Positions 51,961 through 64,000 of a DNA stretch of 64,000 nt are shown piece by piece; the first letter of the stretch is position 1, and each line of letters starts with the position of its first letter. A model generated the notes under the pieces. It was not told the DNA's origin, searched no databases, and saw only the letters and a list, made by a program, of their open reading frames with translations. The translations under genes and the position numbers were made by a program. Origin of the DNA: Sphaerodactylus townsendi (Eukaryota); assembly GCF_021028975.2 (NCBI RefSeq), contig NC_059426.1:146754001-146818000 (forward strand). The letters run 5' to 3'.

Positions 51961-52395
51961 AGAAACAATTATTTCATTTTGTGGAGAGGTTTTTTTAAAA
52001 AAGTATTAACAATCTCCAACACAGGAAGCTTATCCATGTTTGAAGCTCAGAATTTTGAAGACATATGTCATATTAGAAGAATTCATTTATTTGGACTGAA
52101 ACTGATAATTATTTTGGCAATGCCACAGTAAAGCTGCTAGGTAGACCATTATGGAGAAATAGAGATGAACTATAATAGAAACATCTACCTCAGCACCTAT
52201 AGGTAGATAAATATTATTTTAAATAATAGTGGCTTGGATCTTAAACTCTCCTTCAGCTTGTGCTCTGTGCACTTTTTTAACTAGCAGTCTCCTCAGGGAA
52301 GCACAATGCTGGAGACTTCGCTCACAGAAGACCAGCAGGATATATCCTGCCACTCTGCTAAACAAAATGTGAAGCCTAAAGAGCCTTCCTTCAAT

Positions 52396-52530
52396 GTATT
52401 GTCGAAGGCTTTCACGGCCGGAATCACTTGGGTGCTGTGTGGTTTCCGGGCTGTATGGCCGTGTTCTAGCAGCATTCTCTCCTGACGTTTCTCTCCTGAC
52501 GTTTCGCCTGCATCTGTGGCTGGCATCTTC
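52396..52530 (-). mobile_element. Penelope-like element terminal fragment
   Basis: Same family. 16-bp target duplication AGAGCCTTCCTTCAAT and an internal tandem duplication of CTCTCCTGACGTTT. Further copies near 7650-7745, 32475-32560, 39244-39380, 49288-49388 and 53923-54017. Confidence 0.75.
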
Positions 52531-53039
52531 AGAGCCTTCCTTCAATTTAAGTAACTCTTCCATTGGTGAAAGCCTCCATAGGCTAAACACCCTCTGTCTT
52601 TCAGTTACCTGGAAGGAATATAATATTGCAGCAGGCAACAGCTGACCCTGCTGAGCTTCTGTAGTCTAACATGACCAGGCTAGCCTGAGCCAATCCAACT
52701 ATTATTCACACTATTTATTTATTTGTTGGCTTTATAAAGTTTTTGCCAAAAGGAAGCTTCATTTCTCCTCAAGTGAGGATTTTTCATTACTGTGTTTGTT
52801 GCTTGTACCATCTGGAAAAGTTGGGAAAGCATTTGTAATCGAGGGTCACTACAGTACCATTTTTTCAAGTATTTCTTTTACATCACCTTCCCAAAACCCT
52901 GGCCTCCTCAGGCGCCACCCCTAAAATTCCCAGGAATTTCCCAACCAAAAGCTGGCAAACCTAATTATCCCCCACTTTTTTCAATGGGAATCAAAAGTGG
53001 AGTACATAATATAGGCAATATCTGCTCCTGTACAAGTAC

Positions 53040-53310
53040 TGGGTCATTACTGATCCATGGGGTAATGTTACATCATGGCGTTTACTAGGCAAACTGTGTT
53101 TTACAGGGAGGTTTGCCACTGTCTTCCCCAGTCATCTACACTTGATCCCCAGCAAGATGAGTACTCATTTTACCAACCTCAGAAGGATGGAAGGTTGAGT
53201 CATCCTTGAGCCAGCTGCTTGAAACTGGCCTCTGTCAGGATCAAACTCAGGCTGTACGCAGAGCTTTGACTGTGGTACTGCAACTTACCACTCTGTACCA
53301 CAGAGCTCCT
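53040..53310 (-). mobile_element. Sauria-type SINE
   Basis: GTACTCATTTTACCAACCTCAGAAGGATGGAAGGTTGAGTC matches the recalled Sauria SINE core. Confidence 0.7.
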
Positions 53311-55075
53311 AATATCCAGTAAGCAAGCAAATAAATTAAAAAAAACCCTGTCTAAGGAATGATATATAATGTAGGAAATGAATTCTAAAGATAGAAAACA
53401 ATGTAGTAAACTCAAAAGAAAACAATTCGATCAGCATAAGATGCTCAAAAACAGTTGGATAGGACCAGTATTACAAAGTAGAGATGTGAAGCCTAGGTAG
53501 AAAGAATGGGAGGGGGGGGGGGTATATTTTTTTCCCCAAGGCCAAAAGAAAAATCAGAAATGTGGTGTGTGGGGGGGGGGGGGACTGAACAGAAAAATTC
53601 TTATGAAATATCTTCTCTTTTGAATTAGGATTTGGAGTCTATTTCTAATTAATTCTGTTTTGATTAAAGAAAAATTCATAGGGAGGAGGGATAGGAAGAG
53701 GGGTTCTGCAGAATTTCAGAATTTTACTCTATAGGTGCCCAGAAGCAGATAGTGCCTTCCCAAACCTTCTTATCGTCCTACTAGGTCATCTCTGGTGTGT
53801 AACATAAAACAACTGCAAGAGTTGAAGTGGCAAGGGATGTATTGATTTCTCTTCAAAGTGAAAGAGACATGAGAGGAAATTGTCTTTTAAAAAAAAGATA
53901 AAAGATAGTAAGAGGAAACACTGGCTCTGAAGATGCCAGCCACCGATGCAGGTGAAACATCAGGAGAAAATGATACTAGAACATGGCCGTACTGCCCGGA
54001 AACCACACAACACCCCAGAAACACTGTCTGTTACGGTATCTTAAACAGCTAATTTTGGTTGAAAAATTCCCCTCCCCTTAACAACAGTAATATAGATCCA
54101 GCCAGGAATTGACAATACTCTCCCTAAGATGTGCTTGCTAGATCACACCACACACCACTCAACCGCTCCAGTTTAACATTTCCCACAAAAGTTAGACAGA
54201 TGTTTCTAGAAAGCTCACAAGTAGAGCGTGAAACCTGTAACCTTTCCCCACTGTGATTCCTCAGCATCTGGCATCCAACAGCCTTGACTTTTTCTCAACT
54301 GCAGTGTACTGCACTTCTATTTTCATTAAGTCCTCTCCCTGCCCTCCCCACATATACACACAACCTCAAAACCTCTTTCTTGATTAATCACTGCTGGTTC
54401 AGGCCCTTTCAGGGCATGGTCAGGACCAGTTTTGTTTTTTGTTGTTAATGATGTTTCTTACTACCCTGAATAATGTCATGCCTTGCCAGAATATATTGAA
54501 ATGCTCCCCCCACCTTTGTTTGTAATAGGGAATCTGCGTCTGTGCTGTCTGATAGACTTCAGTAACTAAGAAACTAGAACAAAATAAACCTCTTGTTATT
54601 TTACTTACGGTCAGGGCAAGTGCTTGGGAAATTAGCAGACTGTGAACACTACAGTGCACAACATTGTGTGGAATTTTCTTATTAGTTTATATACACACAC
54701 AAAACAAAAGGGAGGATATTTGGTACAAGCAGCTCTACCAAAGGGAGACCTGCTGTCTGTTTTTATTAATGGCTGGGTGTGTAACAACGGTCTGAAAAAC
54801 AGATATTCAAGAACCAATGTCTTCCCTTCTCACTTTATTTTTCAGCCAGAGAAATAATGCAGCTGTTGTTTCTGTGTGTATCAAGGGCTGCCTCTAATTG
54901 AGATGATAAACTAGGATCAGGGTTGTATCATTTCAGGCTGCAGATTGGGATTCACATGACTGAATGCTTCTCCATAAGTGTGGTCAGAGAGCTTCTAGCT
55001 TAACATTCTGATATTAGAAACTTCTGGGAGTGTGTTGAATGCCATCAAGTCACTTTCGATTCATGGCCACTCTAT

Positions 55076-55599
55076 GGCCTGTTCTGCACTGGCCAATGAA
55101 CACGGGTGTAGGACGGTAAAAAAACTGTTTTGGAAGAGAACTTCGCACAGATCCTGCCCCTAAAACAAGTCTGCCCGATGGGGAGTCTGCCCCATGTTAT
55201 TTTCCCCATACTGGTGTGTTTTTTTTTTGAGAATTCCAGAATTTCTAGGAAGTCTTTTAAAAAAAATCCCAGCTTGCAGCTGCTCAAGAGCGAGTGGCCG
55301 GGCTGGAAGCATTTTATTTGCCTCCATTTTCCTATTTTAAAATTTGCAGCTTACATCTGCGTAGCTACACAGGTGCAAATGGTCGAATAGTAAGAAATCA
55401 GCATGGCTGTGGAAGTTCATTTGTGCATGCCTGTGCACATCGGTGGAAGTAATTAAAAAAGACGTGTCTCTGTGCGAAGGCGCAACAGCAACTCGGATTG
55501 TTTCCATCCTGCACAGATACATGTGGATGCGAAAATAGGAAAAACTGGTTACTTTATTCCGACTGCAACCCGTTATACATTTGCTGTGTGGAAGGGGCC
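55076..55599. mobile_element. PIF/Harbinger-like MITE
   Basis: Termini GGCCTGTTCTGCAC / GTGTGGAAGGGGCC; it splits the RTE fragment. Confidence 0.5.
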
Positions 55600-55639
55600 T
55601 GTGAGTCAATGTCCTCCAAAATATTCTATCATTAACAGC

Positions 55640-55830
55640 CTTGCTAAGGTCTTGTACTGAGGGCTGTGGCTTCCTTTATAGAGTCAATCCATGCCATGTT
55701 GGATCATCCCCTTTTCCTGCGACCTTCTACCTTTCCTAGCATTATTGTCTTTTCCAGTGACTCTATACAGCAGCCTCAGTTTAATCATTTTGACTTCTAG
55801 GGACAGTTCAGGCTTGATTTGATCTAGAGT
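55640..55830 (-). mobile_element. RTE/BovB-type LINE 3' fragment
   Basis: Peptide LDQIKPELSLEVKMIKLRLLY...GRRSQEKG...MD resembles an RTE ORF C-terminus. Confidence 0.6.
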
Positions 55831-56559
55831 ATTTTTTTTTAAGGAGAGCATTAAGTTATGTAAACCCACACTGCAGTCTGAAGGGCTGCAGTCCAAACAC
55901 AAGTGAACAGTAGGCTGGAGCTGTTAGTGGTACAGGAGCCATGTTTAAAAATGCCTGTCAGTTTTTGGGGGGAAAAACCATGCGTAATTTGTTACCAGTT
56001 TCTAGTTACTAGCCAATTTGAATGCAGCAGGAAGCAGGGGAGATCTAATTATGACGGACTCCATAAGCCGTGGCCAGTTTTCCAAAGCCATCTGATATTT
56101 TGTTGATTCAGTTGCAAAGCAATAATACAATACTTTTGAAAAAAGGTATACAGCATGGCCAGTTATTTACCCTTTTACTTATCCCTCCACACATTTTAAG
56201 TCTGACCTTCCCACACTGAAGACTAATTTCATTTTGTGATGTTCAATACACAAAAACATGTTTGGTTTTTTATAACATGTTCAGTGAATAATAACATATG
56301 AAAAGCAAAAGCTGAAGCAAGTGAAATAAGCAAATTCCAACCTGATGGAAAAGAAACAAAAATCAAAATCATGGAGTTTTAGTCTTCTGTTCAGCTAACT
56401 GCAGCACCTTCCTCCAGTGCTAGAAAACTTTCTCTGATGCCTTCTTCAGAGGCTCTAGCTTTGGAGGAAGCCTCCTGGTTCCACAGGAAGGTGCCACTAC
56501 TCACTAATGGTAGTGGTAGGTAGTGGCAGGATTTGGTTCCACAAGGAATCTGTTCTGCT

Positions 56560-57360
56560 CCCCAAGCAAACTAAAAATCAGGTGCCTTGCACTTGGCCAG
56601 AACAGGGTGTAAGACCCACAGATAAATAAGTAACAGTTCTCATTCTTCTAATCCTCAGATCCACATTATCAAGTTTTTTTTGTTTTACATAAAAAGTCTA
56701 TTAGGGGTTTCCAGTGAATTTAGACACATTCCTTTCTCTAATCAAACAGGTAAGTTTACCCATCTCAGCCAATTCCAGTGTCTTTATAAACCATTCTTCT
56801 ATTTATTGTCGAAGGCTTTCACGGCCGGAATCACTGGGGTGCTGTGTGGTTTCCGGGCTGTATGGCCGTGTTCTAGCAGCATTCTCTCCTGACGTTTCGC
56901 CTGCATCTGTGGCTGCCACCAGATCCTCTGAAGATGCCAGCCACAGATGCAGGCGAAACGTCAGGAGAGAATGCTGCTAGAATACGGCCATACAGCCCGG
57001 AAACCACACAGCACTCCATTCTTCTATTGAAGGTATAAATGATTTTTTCCATTTTTGTGCATTTTGCATTCTTGCTGTCGAATCCATATCTTTTTTCGAA
57101 CTGTCACTCCATAAGACCCAAAAATCTTCTGGATTATTGAATGTATTTGTACCCAGTTTTTTAAAAGTTTTATTACAAATCCACCCCATAGATGATAGAA
57201 GGACCCTTGATGATGTTCACATTTTCAACACACATTCGGAACATTTTTAAACATTTTTGTCAATTTCTCTGATGACAAATACATCATTTTATAACAGTTC
57301 TCTTTGAGACTTGAACTTAATGTAAATTAAGGACTCTTCAACCACATTACCTCCCATTAC
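56560..57360 (-). mobile_element. L1 LINE ORF2 3' remnant, host of a Penelope insertion
   Basis: Peptide TARMQNAQKWKKSFIPSIEEW resembles squamate L1 ORF2 C-termini. Confidence 0.55.
56794..57016. mobile_element. Penelope-like element inverted terminal fragment inserted into an L1 remnant
   Basis: Same family as 3670-3900. Target duplication CCATTCTTCTATT on both sides. Intact plus-strand hammerhead core at 56924-56966. Confidence 0.8.
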
Positions 57361-57665
57361 TGTATTTGTATATTATGCCCAAAGTTAGTGGCCCATTTTA
57401 TCATACAGTCTTATACTCACCGAACTAAAAATTTGACTGACAGCTCACTGAAAAATATTAGTCGAAGGAGAAAGATGTGGATTCATTCTGGGTTTGGGAC
57501 TATACGTGTGATTTCATGATGCATCAATAAGTGATGAGAAAATTACAATGTCATTCCAAGCAGAAATCACTCTTCTAGATCCATTGAAATTAGGAGGACT
57601 TTGAACAGAGTCATTCTGATTTGGATTATCCCATTTGTATTCCTGCCCTTATTAGGTAATGAGCA

Positions 57666-57666
57666 G

Positions 57667-57705
<39 letters not shown>

Positions 57706-57723
57706 GTTGTTGTTGTTGTTGTT
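57666..57723. repeat. (GTT)n microsatellite
   Basis: Read directly from the sequence; one interruption. Confidence 0.95.
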
Positions 57724-58379
57724 ATCTGAATGGCCTTAATTTTTTTGTCAAAGGCAGGGCAATTCCCTCTTTACCACAGGAGGATAGTAGCAACACTCGT
57801 AGCAGCTTGAAAAGTTATGAACATGGTTCCCCCTTTTCTCTGAACAATGTCTCATTGTTTTGTGGATTTTTTTAAATGAAAAGAATAAGGGGTTCCCTTC
57901 ACCAGCACTGAAGTGTTAAATGTACATATAATGCAGGAGTATAGGCCCCAGGTATGCTCCCCTTTCAATGATATTCCTTTTATACACACAAATCAAAAGG
58001 GGCAAGGGGGAAGGTAAGGGGGCAGGTCAAGGGGGAAGTGAATACAGGTCATTGCACTGCTGATGCTCTCAATCAGAGCTAGTGGAAATAAAGCAGTGGG
58101 AAAGGATGCCCTTAAAAACAAAAGCTCCTTTATCTTATACAGAGTATTACACAACCTAGGCAGTAGATGGCAGCAGTTTCCTGAATCTGAGTGGTATTAA
58201 ACCAGCTGAATTAATTCTGCATCCAAAAATATTTCAGCTCTACTTATTTCAAGATATTTAAAGGTTTTACAAATTTAGACATTGTATGATTCAAATTTTG
58301 TCATGCAGTATACATTTGCCTGCAGTTTTGTCCGTTTCCTTACATATTGCCTATATTCTTCAGTGCAAAGATAAGAGCA

Positions 58380-59525
58380 CTTCTGAAGGAGTTGTATGCA
58401 CCTATTTCCAGTTTTATGGTCAAGAGACCACAGCAGAAAAAGGCCATGACACTAACTGTTACTGCCAGGAAAATAGGAAAATATTTTTCTGAGCCTTTCG
58501 CCGAACTACACTGGCTACGAATCAAGGCAAAGAGACCAGTGTTGTCCAAAAGTCTCCATAAGGCCTGGAAAGAACATATACATATATATATTAAAGTGCC
58601 AATGTTTTACATGGTTTTCCCTCTTGCTCTATCCCCTTTAAGGTTTAATGTAAGCCCCCCCCCCCCCCAGTGTTGGATTCATTATTATTTGCCCAATGTT
58701 TAGGGTTATACTTTAGCTAGGTTCCCCAATTAATTTAAGGTTTTGTTGCTGTTAATTTAGGATACTCTTGCTTATATGTATATGTATTTGTACTGTATTG
58801 GAAGTTCTTTAAGATTTCCTCTAATGTTTAGAAATGTTATTTTAGATATCTGTATCCGCTGGAGAAAGCAGCGGCTTGTAGCAGCTGATATTAAGGGTCA
58901 AGGAAGCTAGCCTTGGAATTCAGTTTGGGCCAACACCCGGTAGATCTCTTTAGTGGAAACAAAGACCCCTTTGGATTTACAAATTGAATCTGATAACGGC
59001 ACCCCAGATATCCCAGCCATTAAAGAATGTGCCAAGATCACCATTGGACCATTTGAACTTTCTTTTGTTGCGGGACTGAGGCGCGGGAGCTTCAGGTCAT
59101 AACTCAAGGAAGCAGCCCATCTGATAACCAGATTCCTGGGTGCGTTGAACAGGCTCACCCAGTTTTATGAATGGACACTCTCCACTCTCCATTTCAGCAC
59201 TATCGTAAAGTATCGCGGGAGGACGCCTGACAACGAGATCTCAGGACCCCACTCACAAAGTTGTAATTGTAACTGTTCTGTGATGTGTTGATGTTTCCGT
59301 ATTGTAGTACAGTAAGGGACCTGCCCCCTTACCTTCCCCCTTGCCCCTTTTGATTTGTGTGTATAAAAGTTCTTGCGCTTGGCTACGAAAGCACGATTCC
59401 CCTGCCTGAGCTTTACCACCACTTCTGAATAAAATACTTTGCTTTTGAAGAACACCGGCTTCCTGTGCTTCGCTACGTTGCCTGAGCTGAAATCACTTAA
59501 TGTTACCCGAGCAGCCGCGGTAACA
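58380..59525 (+). mobile_element. LTR-like element, copy 2 (left boundary approximate)
   Basis: TATAAAA at 59362, AATAAA at 59428, 3' end ...GGTAACA; homologous to 50838-51960. Confidence 0.65.
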
Positions 59526-59741
59526 TAACTACGTTAGAATATGTTCAAAAGCTAAGTTTGATTTTTGGTAAGGTGATGTTTTTGTCTCTACCAGATATCA
59601 AGAGTATTCAGTGTTGGCCTACAACACACTCCTTAGAAAGTTTACTTCTCTAGCAGGAAGTCTTGTAAAGTCCAATCAAATTTACTCCTTCCTGTATGTT
59701 TAGGATTCCAGCCATGCATCTTGCATGGTTACTTAGAAGTA

Positions 59742-60273
59742 TTTTATTTATTTATTTTTTATTTGTTTGAACTTTTATACCGCCCCATCCCCGAAGGGCT
59801 CTGGGCGGTGTACAACATAATATAAATAAGAAAAATTACTAAAATCTTTAAAACAGCGATAACAGTGACAATGATAATAATAATAATGGGAGGCATCCGG
59901 CCAACCCTACTTTTAAAAATTCTCCCCAGGAAGGAAAAAGGGGGGGGAAGGCTGCGAGACGTATTGAGTAGTGGCCTAGATGGAAGGCCAGTTGGAGGGG
60001 GGCACCATTCAGCGGCTGGTCCCTCCAAAGGCCCGGTGGAACAGCTCCGTTTTACAGGCCCTGCGGAACTCACCAAGGTCCCGCAGGGCCCGGACAGCCG
60101 GAGGCAGAGTGTTCCACCAGGCCGGGGCCAGAGCCGTAAAGGCCCTGGCCCGTGTGGAGGCCAGCCGCATCATTGAGGGGCCAGGGACCACTAATAAATT
60201 GGCCTCTACTGACCGTAGAGGCCGCGCAGGGACATATGGGGTGATGCGGTCCTGAAGATACGAGGGTCCCAGG
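59742..60273 (-). mobile_element. Young L2-type LINE 3' end
   Basis: Minus ORF ...RLASTRARAFTALAPAWWNTLPPAVRALRDLGEFRRACKTELFHRAF (L2 ORF2 C-terminus); 3' stem-loop CCGCCCAGAGCCCTTCGGGGATGGGGCGGTATAA; (TAAA)n tail; CpGs retained. Confidence 0.85.
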
Positions 60274-61782
60274 CCAGAGGTCTGTGAGGTTTACTTACCA
60301 ATGAGCACGCATAGGATTACGACCAGAGTCTCTTAATACTTCTCAGCCCACCTACTTCTCTCATTCGAACCTTTTTTATAGTCTTAGTTGCCAATTTTGG
60401 CAGAAAGGCAGAATATTAATTTAAATAAAATCACAGTCAAAGATTGTGGGTGGTTCAAATCAGTGTCAAATATCCCACCACTTTGGTCTGCCTGTCATTG
60501 AACTCCCAAGATCTCATTGGCTTAAAAAGTTCTGTTTCCCATCCATTCAGACAGACCTCTGTGGAAAATTTTCCTTATACAGCTCACAAGTTATGTAAAC
60601 CTTGGACTGCTGCTACCCTGATAATTTGCTGTTTTCATTTTAACTGCAGCTTTGTGGTAATAACCTTCAAATAGCCAACCTGGGTCAAAATCATCTTGTA
60701 CATTGTATGCACTTTTCTGGTGTGAAGAAAAGTTACCCTAGGATGTCTAAAAGGTACTGCTATGATAGGCTCAGGAGAACAGCAGAATGACCACCATAAG
60801 AAAGGTCTTTCTTGATCAAACCTATGGTCTATCTAGCCCAGCCTCCTATTTTCCATAGTGGCTAACAAGATGCTCTAAAAGGCTCACAGGAATGGGTACA
60901 AAGACCCTGCCCTCTAGCCACTAGCATTCAGAGGTATACTGTTTCTGGATGGGGAGGGTCTGTTCGGATAATAATAATTTGTGTGCCTACCTTTTGGGAA
61001 TTTTAAAAGCCCTCTGTCCTCATTGCCGTCACTTCATTTGATGGCTGTCAGTTCCACAGGTTAATACTATCAAGAAGTATTTTGTTTTGTCTGTTGTATA
61101 TCTGAATGCCCATCATTGCTGGGTACCCTCTCAGTTCTAGTATTGACAGGAGACGAATAAGCTTTTTTCCATTTCTTCCACATAGTACATAAATTTTATA
61201 ACTATCAAGTTCCGTCTTCAGTCTTTTATTTCTAAACTTAACAGTTCCAGATGCTTTAGCCTTTCCTCATAGGGTTAAATATTTTGCAGTTTAAGAAAAC
61301 AATTGCTGAAAGGAAGGACATGACAGAGGTCTTTACAAGTGTAGTCATCTACTATTGACTGTTTCCTCCAAGCCTCTAAAATTGTAAATGCATCTTTAGT
61401 TGAACTAATTGTTGTTATCTAAATAATTTGTTGAGATTTAACATTTCACTAAGGTCTGTAGAGGTCAGCTGGGAGGAAAGCACTGTTCTGATTTTTGCTT
61501 CATATGAGAATCCTTTGTTGGAAGGTTCTGTTGGACCAACTTCAGTGTGTTAAAAATAAAAATAAACTCTAGTAAAGATTTCTAATGCTCATGTATTTTG
61601 TCATGCAGCCTGTTTCCTTGATTCTGAAATAGTAACTTTGCCAAGGGGTTCACATATTGCAAACAAGGTTTCCAACAGGGAGTTAAACAGGATTTCCCAT
61701 GCAGAGTCAGAGGCTGGTCAGAAACGCCACAAGAAAAACATTCCGAAAATTGTTCGAAACCTGCAAGGGGTATTTAGGAGAC

Positions 61783-62157
61783 CTGGATGGCCCAAGGCTA
61801 GCCTGATCTTGTCAGATCTCAGAAACGAAGCAGTGTTGTCCCTGAATAGTACGTAGATGGGAGAATGTCAGAGTGATGCAGAGGAAGGCAGTAACAAAAC
61901 CCCTTTGTTTTTCTCTTGCCTTGAAAACCCTACTGGGTTGCCATAAGTCATCTCTTACTTGGTGGCACACAGAGGCGTAACTCCAAGAGGACTGGGGGTG
62001 CACAACGCACTGGGTGCGCACCCCTGTGGGGGGTGTGACGAGGTCATTCCGGGGGCATGGTGGGGGCATTCCAGGGCAGGGGCGGGATGGGGCAGAGGAT
62101 GCACCAGTGCGCCAGGCGCTTTCCCCCCTTGCTACACCTCTGGTGGCACTTTACACA
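61783..62157 (+). mobile_element. 5S-rRNA-derived SINE with an RTE-like tail
   Basis: GCCTGATCTTGTCAGATCTCAGAAACGAAGCAG...TAGTACGTAGATGGGAGA aligns to the 5S rRNA internal region and is followed by a non-5S tail. A related minus-strand copy lies at about 12800-12980. Confidence 0.65.
61970..62142. mobile_element. Short hAT MITE nested in a SINE tail
   Basis: Terminal inverted repeats CAGAGGCGTA / TACACCTCTG; target duplication GTGGCACA / GTGGCACT. Confidence 0.8.
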
Positions 62158-64000
62158 TTAGACACTATCAGATTGTGAATTCCAATAGATTTTCTTGGTG
62201 CAGTGATTCTTGCTTTAAAAGTGATGCTGGTCTGGTTAAAATGGTACTCCATGCTCTCATGGTGATTCATTTATACTGGGCTGCTACCCATGCAAAGCAG
62301 CTCTGTGTACTTTTTCAGCACATTAGCTCAACAACCACCCATGCTACAACCCTTTTGGCATGATAATGAAGCTTGTGCAGTTGCTTTGCATGGAAAGAGG
62401 TCCAGTTTAAACAAGACATGTCAAGCGTGGCTTTTGCTTTGTTTGTGGAAATCAGTCCTTTGAAGCAGGAATAGTCCACTTTCTTGGCCCAAGTGCTAAA
62501 ATGAAAAATAACTTCTACCTGTGAAGATGCTGGTATGCTGGCAACAAAAACTGGAAAGGGGGGGGGGGGGAAGACAAAGGTTATAGTTGGAGAATTACTT
62601 GGAGTAAGTCAACTCAGTGGTACTGCAAGCATCTCAAGGGACTCATTTGGGACTCATCTGGTGGCTCTGCAGGTCAGGGAGTCAAGGACAGGCATAAGTG
62701 ATATCTGTTGCCTTCTCCCACATCACTAACCCCAGAGGTGCTGCGAGTGCCTAAACTGCTTGGACACAGATCTGTCTCTGGGTATCAAGCAGAGGGGACT
62801 GGCGTCAGCATGCGAGCCAGGGGTAGTCTAACCCTGCTTTGAAGTGTGGAATCACAAAATATCGGCAGCGCAAACACCTAGAAATGTCCTTGAGGCAGGG
62901 TTAATTAATGGCTGGATTATCTAAGGAATAAACGGCGGTGAGCAGAGAGAGCATATTTTGAAATTACTCTGGAGAAAAACATAATATTTATCTTCTTGAA
63001 AGAGAGACATTCTGTAAACTCCACGGAGAGTTGTGAAACACAGATGTGCAGGGGGAGGGAAAAACCCCACACAAATAAATCACTTTGTCATTATTCATTT
63101 CTCCAGCTTCACATGCTAACCTGCTCTAATTGGACTAATCTGGTAATGATGTTTATGGAAGGAATGAAGCATTTCAAGTGGGTGGGAATATTTGCATGGA
63201 TTCTTCATGAATGAACATTTTGTTCCTAAATTGTTAGTATGGGGTGGGTGCATGGCTGGCTACCTGTTAGTTTTAAACCTTTCATGAAAAGACATGTAAG
63301 TAGTTTTTGTATACATGCAAGTGAAACTTTCTTATAGTCGGTCAATATGTAGGCTACACAATCCCAACTTTTTGAGAAATCATTGGGGAAGTATTTATTT
63401 GAATTTGTAGATAGATGGGTTCATATGTAACCTTTTTCTATACTGAAGATAACCCATGTGGATTCATTCCCAAACTGAATATCAAAAGGGAGGCTGAGAG
63501 TGCATTCAGGGAGCTGGCTGAGCTTTACACCAGTGTAAGGGTCAGTGACACCACTGATGGCCTCCAGCACAGCTCCACCATTCTGAGATGTCACGTCAGT
63601 ACAGCCCCACAGTGGCTTCCCATCACACAGCCAGAATTAGTTGGCTCCCTAAGCCCTTTCAGCCTGGGAACTCCCTCTATCAGAGGCAGAAAGTTACATC
63701 AACAAAATAATAGGATGTAGCCCATAGGTCCCCACTGTATGCAAAAATAAAGTGCCCCCTTCCCAGTACTGCAGCCACACGTGTGATGGCCAAAGTAGTT
63801 CATGACATTGACTACAGGAACAATCAATCATCTCTCTTTTCTGGGGCCAAGTCCCTTCCCCGGCCCTACAAAAACCCCAGTTAGGATGCCAAACAACTCC
63901 AAGTGCATGGCCTAGTACAGGGGGAAGGGAACCTGTGGCTCTCCAGATGTTCAGGAACTACAATTCCCATCAGCCCCTACCAGCATGGCCAATTGGCCAT

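Noticed and set aside
50867-59455. Similar ORFs ending W...VHS-stop in both LTR-like copies (50867-51202 and 59165-59455)
   Set aside because: Antisense to the LTR signals, with non-ATG starts and frames not maintained along their length; nucleotide homology alone explains the similarity.
61783-61870. 5S rRNA gene
   Set aside because: Diverged, lacks proper 5S ends and a T-run terminator, and continues into a SINE tail.
43279-64000. TSHR exon 2
   Set aside because: No AG/GT-bounded leucine-rich-repeat exon resembling [24 protein letters not shown] was found by eye. Intron 1 is very long in mammals, so the exon is probably beyond the window.
1-64000. CRISPR arrays, operons or other prokaryotic systems
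   Set aside because: The window is intron-rich vertebrate DNA with no repeat-spacer array or prokaryotic gene organisation.

Overview
Vertebrate nuclear DNA, most likely a squamate and probably a gecko (inferred from Sauria-type and gecko-like SINEs, CR1/L2/L1/RTE LINEs, Penelope-like elements and hAT MITEs). It holds the head-to-head gene pair CEP128 and TSHR, the same arrangement as in mammals. CEP128 is on the minus strand: a CpG-island promoter at about 33.7-34.1 kb, then seven coding exons from 27952 down to 1817, continuing off the left edge. TSHR is on the plus strand: first coding exon 43109-43278, and I found no exon 2 in the window. Most ORFs in the track are spurious or repeat-derived. 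The main anomalies are: (1) an 11-nt excess plus an in-frame TGA in CEP128 coding exon 2, while all other exons are intact; (2) a ~580-bp CpG-rich cassette made almost wholly of back-to-back hairpins inside a solo LTR; (3) minimal hammerhead ribozymes from two Penelope-like families, one in a perfect 97-bp palindrome; (4) a candidate distal TSHR promoter with divergent CTCF-like sites; (5) a 52-nt locally templated inverted insertion that completes a G-quadruplex motif. Gene and repeat identifications come from recalled homologue sequences and manual reading, not from searches.
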